In this document: positions 11,969 to 24,030 of the stretch, piece after piece
Position numbering within the stretch: position 1 is the stretch's first letter
Layout of the letters: each line of letters begins with the position of its first letter
DNA from: Octopus bimaculoides
Taxonomy: Eukaryota
Direction of reading: 5' to 3'
NCBI RefSeq assembly: GCF_001194135.2
Contig: NC_068993.1
Coordinates: 6,221,428-6,284,801 of the forward strand
Length of the DNA stretch: 63,374 bases
The notes under the pieces: model-generated
What the model was told of the DNA's origin: nothing
The model's database searches: none
The model's input: only the letters and a program-made list of their open reading frames with translations
Program-made: the position numbers and the translations under genes

Positions 11969-12270
11969 AATTCCCTTAAAATTTGAAGTTGCAAGAATTT
12001 GAAGTATGAAAGCTGTAAAAGTTGTTCCTGTAATAATTGGTGCATTGAGAACTGTAAGTAAATGGTTGAAGGAGATTGGAATAGAATGTCCTGTAGAGCT
12101 TCTACAGAAATTTTGCCTCTTAGGGACAGGAAAGATTATCAGGAGGGTTTTTAGGGCTTGAAAGACTATTGAAAGCTTGTTACTACCTGGGTAGCGGGTT
12201 ACTACCTGTAACCTTAGGTACCCTAAGGTTACAGGTAGTAACCCGCTACCCACATAAACACTAGGTATAG
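11965..12270 (+). mobile_element. 5'-truncated REL-type (R4/Dong-like) LINE 3' end with 3' UTR
   Basis: PLKFEVARI*SMKAVKVVPVIIGALRTVSKWLKEIGIECPVELLQKFCLLGTGKIIRE. Confidence 0.88.
12188..12252. repeat. Perfect inverted repeat, 31-bp arms and 3-nt spacer
   Basis: TGGGTAGCGGGTTACTACCTGTAACCTTAGG-TAC-CCTAAGGTTACAGGTAGTAACCCGCTACCCA; arms checked base by base. Confidence 0.97.
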
Positions 12271-12370
12271 TATTTTTTATCTAATCTGATTGTTTAGCTA
12301 TGTATATTGTTCTTAAATTTAATCTCGTTTTTAATCTCGAATCGAGATTTTGTTATTTATATCGAAGTAC

Positions 12371-12450
12371 ACAGATATAAGACATGATATATATAAGACA
12401 TGATATACAGTTATAAGACATGATATACAGATATAAGACATGATATACAG
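12371..12450. repeat. About 20-bp minisatellite (ATATAAGACATGATATACAG) x4
   Basis: Direct reading; one unit slightly shorter. Confidence 0.95.
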
Positions 12451-12469
12451 TTTTGAAGGCGCTGAGGGG

Positions 12470-12765
12470 TTAGAGTATTCGGCTCATGGTCGTAAAGGTC
12501 GTTGGTTCTGTTCCCTGCAGCGCCTTGTTTTCGTGAGCAAGACACGTTGATCCGGTCCACTCAGGTGACAGAAATGAGTAGTACTTGTATTTCAAATGGC
12601 CACCCTTGTCACATCCTATGTCATGCTGAATCTCCCAGAGAACTACATTAAGGCTACATGTGTCTGTGTAGTGATCAACCACTTGCACGTTAACTTCACT
12701 AGTAAGCTATTCTCTTAATCGGATCAACTTGAAGCCTCGTCGTCGTAACTGACGGAGTGCCAATT
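12470..12765 (-). mobile_element. tRNA-derived SINE (CORE-like family)
   Basis: Reverse complement matches 2975-3200 and 47975-48130 (CAGAGAACTACATTAAGG..ACATGTGTCTGTG..CACTTGCACGTTAA..TCGTCGTCGTAACTGACGGAGTGCC). Confidence 0.75.
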
Positions 12766-13549
12766 TTAAATATAATTTTTATAAGTTTATGGCAGTTGAA
12801 TTTCATCATGCACTACGATATAACCACATAAAAAATATGTCGCCCAATTTGACACCACTTGGTGACCGCCCTTCAGTGTCTTTAAAACAGTCCAGTCTGT
12901 AGCAAAAAAAGTAGCAAGAATCAAATAAGCACGTAATAAGCATGAAATATGCATCAAGAAAAATTTTGAGAAAGCTTGATATAAGCATGAAGAAATTATG
13001 CAGTTAGCATGCGCAGACATGACGTCACTGTTAATCTTCCCACTAGAGACAGGTGTTCTTTTGTTGTCATGCCAATAATCAAAGAAGAATGGCAACTTAA
13101 ATATTTGAAGAAAATACAGCTAATACCGTATTTGATACACAACGAAGATATGTACATTCGAGGAAAATGAAAGTTATTGTATTCTTGCCTTTCACAATAG
13201 TATTAGCGATATAAACGAAGTAAAATTCCTACAACCAAAATCGGAATTGACGAATAGTTCTCCATTCTATAATATATTTCTAATGATTAGGAAACAAAGA
13301 AGAACTAGTTTTAAAGGAATATAGAGGAAATAGGCAGAGTAAGAAGCACTGCGAAAGATAATTTAAACTGTTCGAAGAGTTGGGGGGGGGGATAATTTTC
13401 AGATTGTAACTGAGATGAAAAGTATTTCGAACTAGTTTGTGTACAAATGGAGTTCTTCACTACTGGTGGTAAAAAAAAAAAAGAAAAGTTTTTAAATTGC
13501 GATTTAAAGGACGAGAATGAATTTGATGTTTCAGAAATGAGTAAAGTGT

Positions 13550-13581
<32 letters not shown>

Positions 13582-14574
13582 NNNNNNNNNNNNNNNNNNN
13601 NNNNNNNNNNNNNNNNNNNNNNNNNNNNNNNNNNNNNNNNNNNNNNNNNNNNNNNNNNNNNNNNNNNNNNNNNNNNNNNNNNNNNNNNNNNNNNNNNNNN
13701 NNNNNNNNNNNNNNNNNNNNNNNNNNNNNNNNNNNNNNNNNNNNNNNNNNNNNNNNNNNNNNNNNNNNNNNNNNNNNNNNNNNNNNNNNNNNNNNNNNNN
13801 NNNNNNNNNNNNNNNNNNNNNNNNNNNNNNNNNNNNNNNNNNNNNNNNNNNNNNNNNNNNNNNNNNNNNNNNNNNNNNNNNNNNNNNNNNNNNNNNNNNN
13901 NNNNNNNNNNNNNNNNNNNNNNNNNNNNNNNNNNNNNNNNNNNNNNNNNNNNNNNNNNNNNNNNNNNNNNNNNNNNNNNNNNNNNNNNNNNNNNNNNNNN
14001 NNNNNNNNNNNNNNNNNNNNNNNNNNNNNNNNNNNNNNNNNNNNNNNNNNNNNNNNNNNNNNNNNNNNNNNNNNNNNNNNNNNNNNNNNNNNNNNNNNNN
14101 NNNNNNNNNNNNNNNNNNNNNNNNNNNNNNNNNNNNNNNNNNNNNNNNNNNNNNNNNNNNNNNNNNNNNNNNNNNNNNNNNNNNNNNNNNNNNNNNNNNN
14201 NNNNNNNNNNNNNNNNNNNNNNNNNNNNNNNNNNNNNNNNNNNNNNNNNNNNNNNNNNNNNNNNNNNNNNNNNNNNNNNNNNNNNNNNNNNNNNNNNNNN
14301 NNNNNNNNNNNNNNNNNNNNNNNNNNNNNNNNNNNNNNNNNNNNNNNNNNNNNNNNNNNNNNNNNNNNNNNNNNNNNNNNNNNNNNNNNNNNNNNNNNNN
14401 NNNNNNNNNNNNNNNNNNNNNNNNNNNNNNNNNNNNNNNNNNNNNNNNNNNNNNNNNNNNNNNNNNNNNNNNNNNNNNNNNNNNNNNNNNNNNNNNNNNN
14501 NNNNNNNNNNNNNNNNNNNNNNNNNNNNNNNNNNNNNNNNNNNNNNNNNNATATATATATATATATATATATAC

Positions 14575-14830
14575 ACTACATGGTACCAAAATTTCCAACA
14601 TTGCCATTAGCATACAGGACCAGATACTGCACCAACTTGGGCTTGAATAGCCTACAACTCAGTATTTTCCCACAAAACCTAAGAGACCTACATTGAGTGG
14701 ATGTAGACGTCTTCAAAATAAAACTGGATCTCCTTCTGTCAAGAGTTCCGAGTGAATTTACTTCGCGACAAGAAACGCAGATGAGGACAGTAAAATCAAA
14801 TTCTCTCATTCAATAAATGCCACACATTAG
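14575..14830 (+). mobile_element. CR1/L2-like LINE ORF2 3' end
   Basis: With frameshifts: ..RTRYCTNLG..PQNLRDLH*VDVDVFKIKLDLLLSRVPSEFTSRQETQMRTVKSNSLI. This matches the FNxLP..FKxxLDxxLxxVPD..RAAxSNSL C-terminus typical of this group. Confidence 0.75.
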
Positions 14831-15124
14831 AGAAGTCTTAATGAAAGTGCAGCAAAGCAAACGACAATATCCCAGCATGGCCGCAGCTGTCGAGCTGAAG
14901 CTAGAAAATTATATATATATATATATACATATATACATTATATCATATTATATGAATGTATGTATATATAAATTACTCGATGTAATAACCCATGAAATGG
15001 CTCAATTGCCACGTATATTGTAAGTAAACCTTTGATTTCCTATTGGCATAGTATTCCCTTGTGCACCTATGACGAGATTCAGCTCCTGACTGGCCTTTTA
15101 ATTCTAGGGATGATTTGAGACTTA

Positions 15125-15340
15125 TATGACCATGCAAGTCACTCCCGACCAAACATCAGTTAATCCTTTGACACTAAACATCTTTCCGTATTGTTCCATA
15201 AATACAACGTTGTGTTCTTGAGCAAAACACTTCATTTCACATTGTTCCAGTCCATTCAGCTGGCAAAGATGAGTAACGCTGCGATGGACTGGCATATATA
15301 CACGGTTGGCCAAAAGGTCATGTGACAGTAAATCAAAACC
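15125..15340 (-). mobile_element. tRNA-derived SINE (CORE-like family)
   Basis: Contains GTTGTGTTCTTGAGCAAAACACTTCATTTCACATTGTTCCAGTCCATTCAGCTGGCAAA core; local orientation of the core reads + while flanks are mixed, so strand is uncertain. Confidence 0.55.
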
Positions 15341-15532
15341 ATTTACTTCCAAGATTTATTTATGCTTAACAACTGAATGAATTTAATAAAAAGCATCTAA
15401 ATATGAAACATCATGAAAATTGCTCAAACTGAAGTCCTTCTTGCGCGACACATTCTTTCATTCGAGTCAATACAGAATTACGATGATGTTTATGGAATTT
15501 TGATTTACTGTCGGGTGACCTGTAGCCAAAGC

Positions 15533-15540
15533 TGTGTGTG

Positions 15541-15598
<58 letters not shown>

Positions 15599-15610
15599 TG
15601 TATGTGTGTA
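15533..15610. repeat. (TG)n microsatellite
   Basis: Direct reading. Confidence 0.97.
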
Positions 15611-16822
15611 CAACAGACTTCTTTGAGATTTTNNNNNNNNNNNNNNNNNNNNNNNNNNNNNNNNNNNNNNNNNNNNNNNNNNNNNNNNNNNNNNNNNNNN
15701 NNNNNNNNNNNNNNNNNNNNNNNNNNNNNNNNNNNNNNNNNNNNNNNNNNNNNNNNNNNNNNNNNNNNNNNNNNNNNNNNNNNNNNNNNNNNNNNNNNNN
15801 NNNNNNNNNNNNNNNNNNNNNNNNNNNNNNNNNNNNNNNNNNNNNNNNNNNNNNCCGCACCGCCAACCCTTATTTTTACTCGATGCTGATCAGATTATTT
15901 GATAAAAGATGACAGTGGCATTGTGGTTGTTATGAATGAAGATTTAATTATGGAAGCCTGAAGGGATATTAAAAAGGGCAGTATTTACATTATGTAGTAT
16001 TTTTAAAGCAGCAAAAACGTAAAAGAGCACACGATATGCAGAATGCAACGTGTGTCCTGCTATAACGATATAATAACCTTAATTTAGAAAATTACAGCAA
16101 CTGAAATACAATTATGGATCCTTTAAAAAATATTTTAAAAACCAAATTATAAAGAAAAGTTAATTTTAATTTTTTTATCGAAGCATAATTCCATACAACG
16201 TAATTTTATCTGCATTTCAATAAAAATATTTTAATCAACACTTTAGGAAAAATTTTGAAAATATTTTTTTTTTCTTAAATTTCAGAAAAAATAATAATCT
16301 CAGCTATATAATTAATATTTTGCTTCTTATTTATTATTGAAAATTAAATTGAATTAGATATGCAAATGCATTAAATGAATGTTATGAGGCTGTTGTATGA
16401 TTGTTAGAGCATCTTGAGAAAACCGCGTGCATAATTAGCGTTGCTTATATTTAATAATTTGAACAGGCTCCAAGCTTTAAATCACTTTAAACTACTTGGG
16501 ATTTCGCTGCATAATAATCAAATATCGCTATTTAATATCATTAAAGAAAAGTGATTATATCTATGTGGTTGAAAAATAAACGATAAATAAATAAATAAAT
16601 AAATAAATGAAAGATCTTTTAATTTTCTTCCAGCCTAATTAGGTTAAATATCAAAAATTACGGAGTCAAAGTTTGGATATGACTTTGGGGAGAATCTGGT
16701 GAACTTTAGAAACATACTGGTTTCTTATTTAGGCACAAGGTCAGCAACTTTGAGGGGAATGGTCGTAGTCTCTAACACCGGCCTCCAGTATTTAACTGGT
16801 ACTTCGTTTTATCGACCCCTAT

Positions 16823-16858
<36 letters not shown>

Positions 16859-16859
16859 G

Positions 16860-16985
16860 ACGGTTTGGGTCGGTCCGAGTCCTCAGAAGAAGACACTTGC
16901 CCAAGGTGTCACGAAGTGGGACTGAACCCGGAACCATGTGACTGCGAAGCAAACTCCACACTACATAACAACGCCTATGCCGATA
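16860..16985 (-). mobile_element. SINE family B, 5' part
   Basis: GAAGACACTTGCCCAAGGTGTCACGAAGTGGGACTGAACCCGGAACCATGTG is the reverse complement of the family B head. Confidence 0.85.
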
Positions 16986-17538
16986 TCGCAGATCAAGANN
17001 NNNNNNNNNNNNNNNNNNNNNNNNNNNNNNNNNNNNNNNNNNNNNNNNNNNNNNNNNNNNNNNNNNNNNNNNNNNNNNNNNNNNNNNNNNNNNNNNNNNN
17101 NNNNNNNNNNNNNNNNNNNNNNNNNNNNNNNNNNNNNNNNNNNNNNNNNNNNNNNNNNNNNNNNNNNNNNNNNNNNNNNNNNNNNNNNNNNNNNNNNNNN
17201 NNNNNNNNNNNNNNNNNNNNNNNNNNNNNNNNNNNNNNNNNNNNNNNNNNNNNNNNNNNNNNNNNNNNNNNNNNNNNNNNNNNNNNNNNNNNNNNNNNNN
17301 NNNNNNNNNNNNNNNNNNNNNNNNNNNNNNNNNNNNNNNNNNNNNNNNNNNNNNNNNNNNNNNNNNNNNNNNNNNNNNNNNNNNNNNNNNNAAAGAACTC
17401 TGGCCGAAATAAGATTAAGATTAAGATTAATGTAATATAAAGCTGAAAAAAAAAAAGAAAAAAAAAATTAACACCAAATATACAGTGCGTGTGTTTTTAT
17501 TGGCTAAACTGGCAATATGACCATCCCCAAGTACAACA

Positions 17539-17571
<33 letters not shown>

Positions 17572-17840
17572 ATATACACATATATATTCACACACACACA
17601 CACATATATATATGTATGCAATGTATATATATGTATATATGTGTGTGTGTGTGTGTGTATGATATAATCAGAACAGAATAAAGAACTCGATACTATTGGT
17701 ACAGTTAAATATTTATTTTTAACAACGGACTTTTGTTAAGTATGGCTTCTCAAATCCTGTTGGAATAATAGATACGTCGTATATAAAAGCATTAAGCAAT
17801 CACTGGTGTAATAGATAATTCTAGTTGAATTATCAATAAA

Positions 17841-17886
<46 letters not shown>

Positions 17887-18125
17887 GAAGAAATCCTGAA
17901 ATAACCTGAGTTTGTATTCAGCAGATGGTGGAAGAAAAAGAAATCATAAGATAAGAATATATATAGGATGTGAACTTGAGATACACGTGCGCGCACACTT
18001 AGACACACATATATATTTACATATATATACACACATATATATATATACATATATATATATATATTTACATATATATGCTCACATATATACATATACATAC
18101 ATATACATACATACACACACACACG

Positions 18126-18156
<31 letters not shown>

Positions 18157-18173
18157 ACACACACACACACACG

Positions 18174-18204
<31 letters not shown>

Positions 18205-19623
18205 TTATTTATTTGTACGGNNNNNNNNNNNNNNNNNNNNNNNNNNNNNNNNNNNNNNNNNNNNNNNNNNNNNNNNNNNNNNNNNNNNNNNNNNNNNNNN
18301 NNNNNNNNNNNNNNNNNNNNNNNNNNNNNNNNNNNNNNNNNNNNNNNNNNNNNNNNNNNNNNNNNNNNNNNNNNNNNNNNNNNNNNNNNNNNNNNNNNNN
18401 NNNNNNNNNNNNNNNNNNNNNNNNNNNNNNNNNNNNNNNNNNNNNNNNNNNNNNNNNNNNNNNNNNNNNNNNNNNNNNNNNNNNNNNNNNNNNNNNNNNN
18501 NNNNNNNNNNNNNNNNNNNNNNNNNNNNNNNNNNNNNNNNNNNNNNNNNNNNNNNNNNNNNNNNNNNNNNNNNNNNNNNNNNNNNNNNNNNNNNNNNNNN
18601 NNNNNNNNNNNNNNNNNNNNNNNNNNNNNNNNNNNNNNNNNNNNNNNNNNNNNNNNNNNNNNNNNNNNNNNNNNNNNNNNNNNNNNNNNNNNNNNNNNNN
18701 NNNNNNNNNNNNNNNNNNNNNNNNNNNNNNNNNNNNNNNNNNNNNNNNNNNNNNNNNNNNNNNNNNNNNNNNNNNNNNNNNNNNNNNNNNNNNNNNNNNN
18801 NNNNNNNNNNNNNNNNNNNNNNNNNNNNNNNNNNNNNNNNNNNNNNNNNNNNNNNNNNNNNNNNNNNNNNNNNNNNNNNNNNNNNNNNNNNNNNNNNNNN
18901 NNNNNNNNNNNNNNNNNNNNNNNNNNNNNNNNNNNNNNNNNNNNNNNNNNNNNNNNNNNNNNNNNNNNNNNNNNNNNNNNNNNNNNNNNNNNNNNNNNNN
19001 NNNNNNNNNNNNNNNNNNNNNNNNNNNNNNNNNNNNNNNNNNNNNNNNNNNNNNNNNNNNNNNNNNNNNNNNNNNNNNNNNNNNNNNNNNNNNNNNNNNN
19101 NNNNNNNNNNNNNNNNNNNNNNNNNNNNNNNNNNNNNNNNNNNNNNNNNNNNNNNNNNNNNNNNNNNNNNNNNNNNNNNNNNNNNNNNNNNNNNNNNNNN
19201 NNNNNNNNNNNNNNNNNNNNTATATATATGAAATATAGCTGTTAGTAGCGATGTATTAATATATATATAAATATGAAATATACCTGTTAGTAGCGATGTG
19301 TTAATATATATTGAATATATTAAAAAAATTAAACTAAATGCCTTTAAAATACAAATAACCATACCAAGGGCGATAAGTATTTGAAGTTTGGTTTTTTTTC
19401 CATTTAATTACTAGTAAAAGCTTTCAAAAATATCTCTTAAAATATAAGAAAGAGAAAAATATGAGGCAATGTTTACATTGTTAACCTACATTAAAAGATT
19501 ATTTTGGTAGCTACATTTAAGTACTATCTTCATGCTCGGCAAAATATATTCACATATAATATATACGTGTGTGTATTTATATATATATAGGGGGGTATAC
19601 GCATGCATATATCTACGTATGTA

Positions 19624-19654
<31 letters not shown>

Positions 19655-19754
19655 CCATTTAAAAGAGTGTGTGCGTGTATGTACCTTTGTCGTATTCTAT
19701 ATTTGGTATTTCAATTAAAATAAATGTATTACGTTATATACATACATACAAACA

Positions 19755-20260
19755 ATGAAGATTGCAAGTTGTGGACGGACAATGATTAAGTAAGAATATT
19801 ATTATGTAAATTGGCGCCGGCTGAACATGAAAAATATTGTAATTTCATGCTACCACAAATAACTAGTGAAATTTGTTTCCAGAAAACAGCTGAACTACTA
19901 CCAAAAATATTCTGTGGTAAGAGTTCCCTATTTAACATTCGATGGGAGTGTTGGAATCTAATGAGAAGAGAGGATAAAGACTGAGAGGATAAAGACTTTC
20001 TCATGTATGCCAGGACCGTAAACCGAAAGGTTTAAACTGAAGGAACTAACTCCTGATATGTTTAAGTGCCTCATTTTTGTTTAAGGGCTTACGGCAAACA
20101 AAGATGCGGTGATACGTGCAAGAATTCTCACATAACTTGAAGAAGCGGATCAAAGTTTAACCCTACAGACAGTTGCAGAGGAGTTCAAAGAATGGTAAAC
20201 TTACGCCAGGACGTAAAGAAAATTGAAGAAAAGGAGTTCTCACAAGTACAAGCGTGCCTA
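19755..20260 (+). pseudogene. Gypsy gag remnant
   Basis: Motifs as above; in-frame stops, a frameshift, and a 15-bp direct duplication GAGAGGATAAAGACT (19968-19997). Confidence 0.8.
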
Positions 20261-20429
20261 CCGGGAAAGTATACAATCAGAAAAGGAAATTAAAAACGTT
20301 ATGTGTAATGTCATTCAGGCGTTGCCAGTGACTGTAGAAGATATAAAAGTAAATCAGTGGAGGACAAATACATCGTAAAAACGAAGGAAACTGAAAAATA
20401 AACAAAAGAGAAACACGAATGCGAACCAT

Positions 20430-21340
20430 TTTTCTCTCGGCGACGATGTAAGTAACATATGCACAAAGAGCGGTAGTACCAACTGCACTACAGAAACGGA
20501 TATTACATGAATTTCATAGTGGATAACCGGGGATGTCCAGAATGAAAGCTTTGATGAGGAGTTACGTGTATTGGCCGACAATGGACCGGGACATTGAAAA
20601 TTTGGTAATTTCATGTAGTGGTTGTGCGCTAGCAGCCAAGGCACCGGTGAAAAACTGATCGTGGCCTGAGACGGATAGTCTGTGGTCCAGGATACATATG
20701 GACTGCGCTGAACCTGTGAATGGTACGTACTACTTGATCATTGTAGATAGCTTTACCAAGTATATAGGTACAGTCAACCTACCTCGAAGGCAGCAATAAA
20801 GTTCCTGCGCGAATATTTTGCTCGATACGGTGTAGCGGACACCAGAGTGTCGAACAACGGAACACAATTTACAGGATGCGAGTACAAGAAATTCTGCAAA
20901 ATGCGTCCAATCAAGCACATGCTTACCCCGCCCTACCACCCGAGGTCAAATGGGCAAGCAGAACAATTCGTAGATATTTCGAACGTGTGCGGAAAAAGCA
21001 AGGAACGAGTTAGGAAATGACGAAGCGCTAACTAAATTCTCAAGTGTGTATAGAATAACGCCCAATCCGAATACTAGTTCAAGGAAGTCACCTGCAGAGC
21101 TAATGTTGCTCGAAAGATTAAATCGGTCTTTGACAAATTGTTGCCGAAGGAAAAAGCGTATAGAGAAAATACAAAATATTCAACTAAACATTTTGTTGTC
21201 CTTTTGTACAAGAACGGTAGAGAGAGTTGGCAGGATGGTGTGGTGACTAAAAGAATTGGAAACATGATGTATTTATTAAAATACCAGCGATGGGAGTACA
21301 AATGACACCTAAATCAATTAAAAATCAGGCATACAGAACA
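20430..21340 (+). pseudogene. Gypsy integrase remnant (HHCC, DDE core, C-terminal domain)
   Basis: VVPTALQKRILHEFHSG*PGMSRMKALMRSYVYWPTMDRDIENLV..CSGC; RIHMD; YYLIIVDSFTK; SNNGTQF; LTPPYHPRSNGQAEQFV; YRITPNP..KSPAELM; WQDGVVTKRIG..HLNQL; multiple stops and frameshifts. Confidence 0.92.
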
Positions 21341-21597
21341 AAGGAAGGAAATTCCAATGGAAGTGTTTTACGACATGTTCGAGGTGCCAGCACCGAAATA
21401 GATTGAGCCTAGAAGGAGCAATAACATAAAACGTAAACAGACTGAACATTTAGAAATAATTCCTTAGAGGAAAAGGTACTGAACTCCCTAAGGAAGCAAA
21501 ATTTAAAAAAAGGTAGGTGTGTTGACAAGAAAGAAAAATATATTAATAAAATAAATTTCGTTTCCTACAGAAGTCGAAATCTCAAAAGGAGAGATGA

Positions 21598-21855
21598 TGT
21601 GGTGAGAGTCATGACACCCCCTGCGAGAAGAGACTTGACCGAATGACTATAAATAGTAGCGGTCTGAGTGACAGACAGTCATAGTAGCCGTTAATCGCAG
21701 GAAGTCGTAAGGTGTCGCTTTGGTATTTGTCGGATTATCGTTGTTGGTCTGTCTATAGAACGTGGAGAGATCTTGGGATTGTTACGTTGCTGTTAACCTG
21801 CTTCATTATATATTTTATTGTTACTACTCGGTTATAGGGTAAACAAGTATCGTCA
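21598..21855 (+). repeat. Putative 3' LTR
   Basis: Purine tract AAAAGGAGAGA (21585-21594), TG start, TATAAATA at 21648-21655 and a CA end at about 21855; no 5' LTR visible to confirm the boundaries. Confidence 0.55.
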
Positions 21856-22107
21856 TAAATAGTGTGTGTGTGTATGTGTGTGTGTGTGTGTGTATAGGTA
21901 GATAGATATACATATATATATACATATATATATACACATGTATATACACATGTATATGTATGCATATGTACATACACACACATGCGCGCGCACGCAAACA
22001 CACACGCATACACACAGTACGAAACAATCACAAGACCCTCCGCTAATGAGTCAACTTTCTCACTTCTGCCGATTAAAACTTATATATGTATACAGATGTG
22101 TGTATAT

Positions 22108-22144
<37 letters not shown>

Positions 22145-22736
22145 ATAAACCACGAAATGTACGTTATATAATATATATATTCCATACAAGCCTGAACACC
22201 TACACATAACTGTATATATCCACAGCATGTCTCGCAACTAAATTATACTTCGAGGTAAATACAATATTTCACAGCTGCCATAAAATAAAATAAAATCGTA
22301 TGTCATTAAATCTGCTTAAATACATTAGAGATTTAAAACTTGTATCGATGCTTGCCTAAACTCTACTTTTCATACACTTCATATTCATAACAACACAATA
22401 TTGTATTAAAAACGATTCATTAATAACTAAACAAATACATAATTATATTTCCTTTATATTCGTACAACTATTTTATTAACAACCACTACTAAATAGAATG
22501 GCACTTATAGAATGGCACTTATAGAATGGCTGAATAACAGCGTATTATATCAGTCATTTTCTTTAAAGTTTGTCGATCCAAACATTTCGTAATTGTTTAG
22601 AATTGTTCATTATTTTTTTAATAGTGATTTTTAAAAATTCCTATCATTAGTTTTAAAAACCGAAAATCTGCAAGCTTGCTTTTACCCTGAAGTACGTAAC
22701 TAATTAATTATACATTATAATTATACTAAGTATACT

Positions 22737-22845
22737 ATGAAATGTTGCACACCCACGTACATACATGAAATGTTGCACACCCACGTGCATACATGAAATG
22801 TTGCACACCCACGTGCATACATGAAATGTTGCACACCTACATACA
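22737..22845. repeat. 28-bp minisatellite (ATGAAATGTTGCACACCCACGTGCATAC) x~4
   Basis: Units start at 22737, 22765, 22793 and 22821. Confidence 0.97.
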
Positions 22846-23493
22846 TATATACGTGTATATATGTGTTTGTATGTGTGTGTCTATATGCGCACACACGCTT
22901 AAGCTGTAATTTACGCAATTAGCACACACAAGTAAGCACACAGACAAACAAGTTCTGACATACGTCGACCATTTTTACCACACCTCATCCAGCAAACATT
23001 TCTCCTTTGAAACTTCGCAAATTTTACGTTTCAACTTCACATAATTATTAGGTCTGGACTATCAATTAAAACTTACTTCCAATACATTTACAGACACACA
23101 CATACAAATAAATAAATAAATAAATAAATATATATATATANNNNNNNNNNNNNNNNNNNNNNNNNNNNNNNNNNNNNNNNNNNNNNNNNNNNNNNNNNNN
23201 NNNNNNNNNNNNNNNNNNNNNNNNNNNNNNNNNNNNNNNNNNNNNNNNNNNNNNNNNNNNNNNNNNNNNNNNNNNNNNNNNNNNNNNNNNNNNNNNNNNN
23301 NNNNNNNNNNNNNNNNNNNNNNNNNNNNNNNNNNNNNNNNNNNNNNNNNNNNNNNNNNNNNNNNNNNNNNNNNNNNNNNNNNNNNNNNNNNNNNNNNNNN
23401 NNNNNNNNNNNNNNNNNNNNNNNNNNNNNNNNNNNNCTAGGTAGTTAGCAGCAGCTAGTGTGATATGAATTCTTGTCTTTGATATATATATTG

Positions 23494-23529
<36 letters not shown>

Positions 23530-23530
<1 letters not shown>

Positions 23531-23713
23531 GAAGCTAGCTTCCCAACGACATGGTTCTGGGTTCAGTCCCACCGTGTGGTACTTTGGGAAAATGTCTTCT
23601 TCTAAAGCCTCGGACAGATCAAAGCTTTGTGAGTGAATTTGGTTGACGGAAACTGAAAGAAGCCCGTCGTAGTATATATATTTATATACATACATATATA
23701 TGTGTGTATGCGT

Positions 23714-23809
<96 letters not shown>

Positions 23810-24030
23810 GTGTCTTTGTGTCTGTTACCCCTACCACTGCTTGGCAACAAGTGTTGGAATGTTTAAGTGCCCTTAACTTACCAGTTCAGCATAAGAGACC
23901 GATAGAATAAGTACTAGGCTTGAAAAAAATAAGTCGTGGATTCGATTCGTTTGACCAAAACACTTCAAGGCTGTGCCCCAGCATGACCGCATTCAAATAA
24001 CTGAAACAAGTAAGAGATAAAAGATTAAGA
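23530..24030 (+). mobile_element. SINE family B, near full length with an expanded internal (TG)n
   Basis: Head CATGGTTCTGGGTTCAGTCCCAC, then AAGAAGCCCGTCG, a (TA)/(TG) array, then GAGACCGATAGAATAAGTACTAGGCTT and the ACTGAAACAAGTAAGAG tail. Confidence 0.9.

Larger units (their letters stand above)
19755..21855 (+). mobile_element. Decayed, internally deleted Ty3/Gypsy LTR retrotransposon (gag + integrase + 3' LTR; K02A2.6/Mag-like)
   Basis: gag-like peptides (LLCKLAPAEHEKYCNFMLPQ, SLFNIRWECWNL, FKCLIFV*GL..IRARIL..LTLQTVAEE) join directly to integrase with no protease, RT or RNase H between them; a putative PPT and TG...CA LTR follow. Confidence 0.9.

Noticed and set aside
19812-19828. TGGCGCC motif resembling a tRNA primer-binding site
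   Set aside because: It lies inside the gag reading frame (KLAPAEHE) and no 5' LTR precedes it.
22737-22845. 28-bp direct repeats as a CRISPR array
   Set aside because: Units are head to tail with no spacers, and the context is eukaryotic.
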